64,000 nt of DNA from assembly GCA_036267155.1 (NCBI GenBank), contig DATAWP010000082.1, positions 35,686-99,685 on the forward strand. Reading direction: 5' to 3'. The position numbers and the translations under genes are program-made. Under the pieces are notes generated by a model. That model had not been told where the DNA came from. It ran no database searches and was given only the letters and a program-made list of their open reading frames with translations. Source of the stretch: Tepidisphaeraceae bacterium (GTDB lineage: Bacteria; Planctomycetota; Phycisphaerae; Tepidisphaerales; Tepidisphaeraceae). Below, piece after piece: positions 58,689-64,000 of the stretch; position 1 is the stretch's first letter, and each line of letters opens with the position of its first letter.

Positions 58689-60512
58689 ATGTATTTTCTT
58701 CGCGGCTTCGCGGATATTTTGCGAATCGCTATAATTGCCCCTGTGGCTCGAAATCCAATCCAGCAATTGCCGGCGGCTTTGGTCAACCGCATCGCCGCGG
58801 GTGAGGTCATCGAACGGCCCGGATCTGTCGTCAAGGAACTGGTCGAAAATTCCATCGACGCTGGCGCCACGCACATCGCCGTCGAGGTCGAGGACGGCGG
58901 CCGAGCGCTGATTCGCATCATCGACGACGGCTGCGGAATCCCGGTGCGAGAGTTGCCGCTGGCTTTCGCTTCCCACGCCACGAATAAACTGCAGAGCGAT
59001 GATGATCTGTTCCGCATCGCCACCATGGGCTTTCGGGGTGAAGCGCTGGCGAGTATCGGCGCGGTTTCGCAGACTCGGCTGCTGAGCCGGACGGCCGATG
59101 ACGCGGTGGCATACGAAATCAATAATCACGGCGGACAGATCGATCAGGCCCAGGCGGCCGCAGGCAATCTGGGGACCGTCACGGAGGTTCGGAATCTTTT
59201 TTTTAATACGCCGGCTCGGCGGAAATTCCTCAAAGGGGGCGCGACGGAATTCGGGCATATCAGCGACGCCGTGATTCGGCTGGCAATCCCGCATCCGGAC
59301 GTTTCGTTTCAACTGGTTCACAATGGCCGGAACGCTTTGGAACTGCCCGCCGCCGAGCCGCGCTCACGCTGGCTTGCGGCGTGGCCCGAGGATTTTGCCG
59401 ATCTGTATCTTCCGCTGGAGGGCCGCGATGCGGAAATCTCGCTTGTCGGGTTGATCGGCTTGCCGGAACTCGCCCGGCCAGTGGCGAAGCACCAATTCTT
59501 TTTTCTCAATGGGCGGCCGATCCGTGACCGGTTCATTCAACACGCCTTGCGCGAGGCTTATCGCGGCCTCACCGAGCCGGGCCGGCATCCCGCAGCTATT
59601 CTCCTGCTCTCTTTGCCGCCGCAGGATGTCGATGTAAATGTCCATCCGACCAAGAGCGAAGTTCGCTTCCGGGACAGCTCGCGCATTCACGGTTTGGTCC
59701 TTTCCGCTGTTCGCGAAAAACTGCTCGGAAGCGATCTGGTTCCATCCGCCGTTCCGGCTCGGCAGTTTTCTGCTCCCATGGATGATCCCAATCGAGAGGG
59801 TTTACGGCAAAAGCTGGCGGATTTCTTCAAGTCCGCGATGCCGGAAGCAGCGCCCGCTCCGTTGCCCGCGCAACCCGAGATGCCTCCGGAATTATCTCAA
59901 CCCGCACTTTCATCGCCTGCGCAAACTTCCGATCGCCGCGCTCCGGCCATTCAGCTTCACAACAGTTATCTCGTGGCCGAAAGCGAAGACGGTCTGATCA
60001 TCATCGACCAGCACGCGCTGCACGAGCGGATCATGTATGAGGATTTGCTGGCCCGAGTCTCGCGCGGCCCGCTGGAAAGTCAGCGACTTCTGATTCCCCT
60101 CACGCTCCCGGCCAATGAACGGCAGCAGGAATTGCTCGAGCAGATTCAGCCGTTGCTGAATCGGCTGGGAATCGAGGCGGCCGCGATGGGGCCCGGCGCG
60201 GTGGCCGTTCACGCTTTTCCCAGTTTTCTCCAGCGGCTCGATCCGGTGGAGTTTCTACATGAAGTTCTGGAGCGCGGGGAGCAGGAAGCTCTGGATCTGA
60301 ACCATGAGGAACTCCTGCACGAGATACTTGACATGATGTCGTGCAAGGCGGCCGTCAAAGCCGGCGATCCGCTGTCGCCCGCGGAGATCGAAGCCCTGCT
60401 GGCCCGGCGTCATCTCATCGACCGCAGCAGCAACTGCCCGCATGGACGACCCACGACGCTGCGGCTGAGCCTTCGGGATTTGGAAAAGCAATTCAAGAGA
60501 ACGGGGTTCTGA
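58689..60512 (+). CDS. mutL: DNA mismatch repair protein MutL
   Basis: LVNRIAAGEVIERPGSVVKELVENSIDAGA is the GHKL ATPase motif, and the C-terminal dimerisation domain is present. The start is uncertain: ATG 58689, or the Val codon at 58743 as an alternative start. Confidence 0.9.
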   Translation: MYFLRGFADILRIAIIAPVARNPIQQLPAALVNRIAAGEVIERPGSVVKELVENSIDAGATHIAVEVEDGGRALIRIIDDGCGIPVRELPLAFASHATNKLQSDDDLFRIATMGFRGEALASIGAVSQTRLLSRTADDAVAYEINNHGGQIDQAQAAAGNLGTVTEVRNLFFNTPARRKFLKGGATEFGHISDAVIRLAIPHPDVSFQLVHNGRNALELPAAEPRSRWLAAWPEDFADLYLPLEGRDAEISLVGLIGLPELARPVAKHQFFFLNGRPIRDRFIQHALREAYRGLTEPGRHPAAILLLSLPPQDVDVNVHPTKSEVRFRDSSRIHGLVLSAVREKLLGSDLVPSAVPARQFSAPMDDPNREGLRQKLADFFKSAMPEAAPAPLPAQPEMPPELSQPALSSPAQTSDRRAPAIQLHNSYLVAESEDGLIIIDQHALHERIMYEDLLARVSRGPLESQRLLIPLTLPANERQQELLEQIQPLLNRLGIEAAAMGPGAVAVHAFPSFLQRLDPVEFLHEVLERGEQEALDLNHEELLHEILDMMSCKAAVKAGDPLSPAEIEALLARRHLIDRSSNCPHGRPTTLRLSLRDLEKQFKRTGF

Positions 60513-60553
60513 CAACATGGCGGCTGAAGCCGCCAAGCCACGCGGATGGCGGG

Positions 60554-62944
60554 TCAGTCGTCCAGCAGAAAGCGGACGACCTTCGGGGGCAGGAGCGAGG
60601 GTTTTATCGGGACTACGAAATCGACGACGATCATCTTGTTGCCGCGGCGGAACTGGCCCCAGATTTTGTACAGGCCGGGCTTGGGAAAGATCGTGCCGAA
60701 AGGGATGTCGGGACCGGCGCGGGCGTCGGGCGTGGGGGAAAGCAGTTGTTCGGGATGGCAGTGCAGAAAGACCTGAGTGTCCTGGGAAATGACGACGCAA
60801 TGAGCCATCGCGCCCATGAAGGGGCGAAGATCGTTCACGGGCCGGTCGTTCTGCATCAGCCGGAAAATAAAGTGCGTTTCGATTCCCGCCACTGGAGTGC
60901 GCGGCTGGAAGATCAATTGGGCGGTCATCGTCGGGTCGTCGGGAAGCGGCTTGGCCAGCGACGGGGACGGCTCAAGCGGATCGGAGCCCACCAAAAGCTC
61001 CGTTCGCGAATCGGCGGGGTGGACCGTCAGAGGCATGCGAAAAATCTGGGCGCGCTGGCCGACCGGGGTGACATCCGCGTAGAGCAAATAATCGCCGGGA
61101 GCGGCGAACGTGTACAGAAGCTGCAGCGAGCCATCCGGCTGGGGGAGGGGATGTACATGATTGTACGTGGACAAGTCGGCCGAGACGATAATCAGGTGCA
61201 TCGGATGTTCGTGAACGACCAGCAAGTGGCGAAAGAGTTGGCCGTGGTAGAGCGGCGTTAAGCGAAGGAGCACGGGTTTGCCGGCGACGGCGTTTGTGGC
61301 GTCGAGCCGCATGCCGTAGTCGGGAAGATGAAGGTAACTGGGCGGAGTCCACCGGATGGGCATGAGCGTCATGCCGCAGATGGGACAAACACCGGGGTTG
61401 ACGGAGATGATTCCGTCGTGCATGGGGCACTGATACCTGGCAAGTTCATTGGGCGGAACAGGGTTGATCAAATCGGAAACCCATGGATCGAAATATCCCA
61501 TTTCCATGGATGAGCCGATGGGCAACGCGACGCGGGCGGAAAAAGCGGCGATATTTTTGAGGAAGGGCGCCACGGCGGAGAAATGCGAGGCAGGTTCGCG
61601 GCCGCCGTCGGATGTCATCGGGATGCCGATCTCGCTGTATCCGCGGGAGATCAGGAGGGTCAGCTTCGCCGTAGGCACTTTGACGGGCGTTTCGGCGTAG
61701 CGATCCTTCACGCAGATATCCAGGCGCTGGGTGGACGGATCGAAATTCAGTTGGGCACGGATGGGGCCAAAGGGCGCGATGGGGGCGTGAGGATCTCTCG
61801 TACCGTCGAGATGCACTCCCCAGCGGTTGTAGCTGCCGTAGCCGATGTACCAGGGCAGACCCTCGTTGTAGGTGATGAGCAGGACGGATTCGGTACACAT
61901 CAGAACGGCGAAGAGTACGGCGAACGGCTTTTTGTAGCGCGGGACGGCATCCTGCAGGAGCCGGGCGGCGCCGATGCCCAGAGCGGTGACGCCCATGAAA
62001 ATGTGGGCGATGTAGACGCCGGCCGCAACGTTGGCGTAGGGGGCGACGGTGTGAACGTGGGTGAAGAGCATTCCGCCACCGATGAGCGCCATCACGGCGA
62101 TGACATTGGAAGGCGTGGCCATGCGCGAGGCGGTCGGGTTGTCCAGTTTGTGACGGCCGCGGATTCGCCAGAGTCCGATGGCCCCTACCGTGGCCAGGAT
62201 GATCGCCAAAGTCTTGTGCAATTGGACTTCGCGGTCGCGAAGCTGGCGCGGATCGAACAGGCGATACAGATCGAGATCGGCGAAGAAAAAGAGACTGATT
62301 CCACCGACCAGGAGGAGCAAGGGACCGACCCATTTGAGCTTGTCGGCTTTTTTGGGGAAGAGCGCGTGGACGAACAGGGAACCAGAAAGCGCAAGCGTCA
62401 GCCAACCGGCGACGTGGTGCATCAGTTCGGAATATCGCAGGTTTTCGTCAGTTTGGCGGGTGGCCAGGGTGTTGAGATCGTGCAAGGACAGCACATCGTT
62501 GGCGCGGGCGCCTATGACGGCGGCACCGTAGTTGAACACGAGCTGTCCGCCGTAGTACCCGGTCATGACCAGAAAGCCATACCAGCCGAGCCCGATCAGG
62601 ACGTAGACGGTGAGGGATTTGCGAGTGGTTTCGTTGAGGAAGAGGCGCCAAGCCATGAGAACGACGAAACCCCACGAGGCGATGTTAGCGAAGAGTTCGT
62701 GCCATTCGATGGGGTCTTCGGGGATTCCGGCGCGGGCTGCCCAGATTTCGGCGTAGATTCCGCAGATGAACGCGATCAAAAGAAAAAATGTTCCGGCGGC
62801 GGAGAGGGCCTTGCCGGATTTGTTGAACGCCGGGGAGCGGAAGACCAACCCGGCGAAATCGCATATCAGACCGGCAAGCAGCAGAACCAGCGGAAACTGA
62901 ACAAGCTTGGGGTGAAGATCGCCGATGAATTGCCAGAATTGCAT
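60554..62944 (-). CDS. large polytopic membrane protein: DUF2231-like N-terminus plus heavy-metal-binding CxxC domain plus C-terminal beta domain
   Basis: From the internal ATG at 62944: MQFWQFIGDLHPKLVQFPLVLLLAGLICDF. There are 10 or more TM helices. YQCPMHDGIISVNPGVCPICGMTLMPI matches the YxCPMHP...CPxCGMxL metal-binding module seen on Cus/Cop proteins. Confidence 0.65.
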   Translation of the reverse strand: MQFWQFIGDLHPKLVQFPLVLLLAGLICDFAGLVFRSPAFNKSGKALSAAGTFFLLIAFICGIYAEIWAARAGIPEDPIEWHELFANIASWGFVVLMAWRLFLNETTRKSLTVYVLIGLGWYGFLVMTGYYGGQLVFNYGAAVIGARANDVLSLHDLNTLATRQTDENLRYSELMHHVAGWLTLALSGSLFVHALFPKKADKLKWVGPLLLLVGGISLFFFADLDLYRLFDPRQLRDREVQLHKTLAIILATVGAIGLWRIRGRHKLDNPTASRMATPSNVIAVMALIGGGMLFTHVHTVAPYANVAAGVYIAHIFMGVTALGIGAARLLQDAVPRYKKPFAVLFAVLMCTESVLLITYNEGLPWYIGYGSYNRWGVHLDGTRDPHAPIAPFGPIRAQLNFDPSTQRLDICVKDRYAETPVKVPTAKLTLLISRGYSEIGIPMTSDGGREPASHFSAVAPFLKNIAAFSARVALPIGSSMEMGYFDPWVSDLINPVPPNELARYQCPMHDGIISVNPGVCPICGMTLMPIRWTPPSYLHLPDYGMRLDATNAVAGKPVLLRLTPLYHGQLFRHLLVVHEHPMHLIIVSADLSTYNHVHPLPQPDGSLQLLYTFAAPGDYLLYADVTPVGQRAQIFRMPLTVHPADSRTELLVGSDPLEPSPSLAKPLPDDPTMTAQLIFQPRTPVAGIETHFIFRLMQNDRPVNDLRPFMGAMAHCVVISQDTQVFLHCHPEQLLSPTPDARAGPDIPFGTIFPKPGLYKIWGQFRRGNKMIVVDFVVPIKPSLLPPKVVRFLLDD

Positions 62945-62991
62945 AGTTGTGGCGTCGAACCCGGCGACCTGCGATCGCCCGCTAAATAGTA

Positions 62992-64000
62992 TCAATCATA
63001 ATCGTCCGGGATGGAATCGAGATCGCGAACATTGCCCGGCCGGAAAACCGGCTGCGGAGCGATCGGCTCGTCATTGACCAGATGACGATCGGCTGATCCG
63101 GTTTTGGTGAGCGTCGGCGCTTCGCTTGCCCTGGGACTCTCGTGGTGTGACGACGAGGTGCTGGGCTGCGCGGGCGGCTGGCGCGTCTCGCTGGCCGGGC
63201 CGCGGCCACGGCGACCCCTGCCGCCACGACGACCACGACGACGATGTCCGGTGGGTTTGGGCTTCTGATCCGAATCTGGCTGCGCCGGCTCATGAGGCAG
63301 CGGTTCGGGCTCATCGAGCGGCAGTTGACTACCGTCGGGTTGATCCTGGAGAGGCGGTGGCTGGTTCAGCGGGCCGCGATCATTGCCGCGATTTCTTCCG
63401 CCACGGCCACGGCGTCCGCGCCGACGGCGACGGGGACGGTTGCCACCCGGTTCGTCGGCGTCAAATCCAGCGCTGGATGGCTGAGGTTCGGACGACTCGA
63501 TCGGGGATTCGCCTTCGAGATTCGCCAACGGGGCCTCGGGGAATTCATCTGGGCCGGATTCCATGTTCGGAGCCGGGCGCTGCTCCGGTCGCGCATCCGA
63601 ATCGGTGATTGCTTCGTCGCGGCGGTCCAACTCATCATCCACGTTGTCCATGTCGAACTGATCCTCGCCGTGCTCGGCCTGGGCCGAGCGAGGCGGCGGA
63701 CGATCGGGGCGCTGCTGTTGGCCGCGGCGCTGGGAATCGTCGCGCGGTCCGCGACCGGAACGGATCCGACCGTCGTGGCGGCCTTGCCGGGCCGGCGGGT
63801 GCACGGCGCCCGGTGGAATCATTCCCAGCTCTGCCAGATAGACGTGCGAATCGCGCGCGTCGAACAGATCGAATCGAGCCTCGTCGAGGGCGACGGTGGC
63901 ATCGGAGCGAATCACCACGCGCTTACCGAATTGCTCTTCGAGGTGGACGATCTGAGCTCGCTTGTTATTCTGCAGATAAAAGTTGACGTCGGGCCAAACG
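62992..64000 (-). CDS. ribonuclease E/G-family protein, C-terminal part (5' end beyond window)
   Basis: The frame stays open to the window edge. Own translation of 64000..63919 gives VWPDVNFYLQNNKRAQIVHLEEQFGKRV, continuing VIRSDATVALDEARFDLFDA (an RNase E/G catalytic-domain end). A long acidic and Arg-rich tail follows (RRRRRGRRGRGGRNRG; RRRGRRGGRGRRGRG). Confidence 0.55.
   Translation of the reverse strand, partial: VWPDVNFYLQNNKRAQIVHLEEQFGKRVVIRSDATVALDEARFDLFDARDSHVYLAELGMIPPGAVHPPARQGRHDGRIRSGRGPRDDSQRRGQQQRPDRPPPRSAQAEHGEDQFDMDNVDDELDRRDEAITDSDARPEQRPAPNMESGPDEFPEAPLANLEGESPIESSEPQPSSAGFDADEPGGNRPRRRRRGRRGRGGRNRGNDRGPLNQPPPLQDQPDGSQLPLDEPEPLPHEPAQPDSDQKPKPTGHRRRGRRGGRGRRGRGPASETRQPPAQPSTSSSHHESPRASEAPTLTKTGSADRHLVNDEPIAPQPVFRPGNVRDLDSIPDDYD

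Overview
This is a high-GC bacterial chromosomal window with dense coding on both strands and many long spurious antisense ORFs. I saw no rRNA, tRNA or CRISPR array by eye. The gene content is consistent with a Planctomycetota-like genome, but that is inference only. It includes two ECF sigma/anti-sigma pairs, a PEP-CTERM protein, Gfo/Idh/MocA and xylose-isomerase-like TIM enzymes, a PilM-PilN-type fusion and a UbiD-type decarboxylase. Most of the window is housekeeping: pheS, dtd, mtaB-like, queE, nth, moaDE, trpBA, ilvD, mutL, an rlmB-like gene and an RNase E/G fragment. Two accessory loci stand out. (1) About 22.8-36.3 kb, at the centre of the window, holds a minus-strand cluster with a siphovirus/GTA-like tail module. 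The module has a fibre-like protein, a tube-like protein, a G/GT-type chaperone pair joined by an A AAA AAA -1 slippery site, and three downstream proteins. I could recognise no capsid, portal, terminase or integrase gene in the window. Two signal-peptide beta-helix proteins and small membrane proteins precede the module, and a PEP-CTERM protein follows it. Next to it sits a CI/LexA-like repressor whose nucleophile Ser appears replaced by Cys, divergent from a three-gene operon that ends in a small sigma-region-4-like HTH protein. (2) About 51.8-57.6 kb holds a minimal type VII secretion-like locus: a 1377-aa FtsK/SpoIIIE (EssC/EccC-like) membrane ATPase with only one intact P-loop, two WXG100-like small proteins carrying a W-x-D variant motif, and a 356-aa helical protein. 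Other notable items are an IS200/RAYT-like Y1 transposase flanked by REP-like hairpins, a pilM-led operon whose three large proteins all carry Gly/Pro/Phe/Tyr-rich tracts, and two ArsR-SRPBCC modules with palindromic operator candidates. All functional calls rest on motif recognition in the supplied translations. No database search was run.
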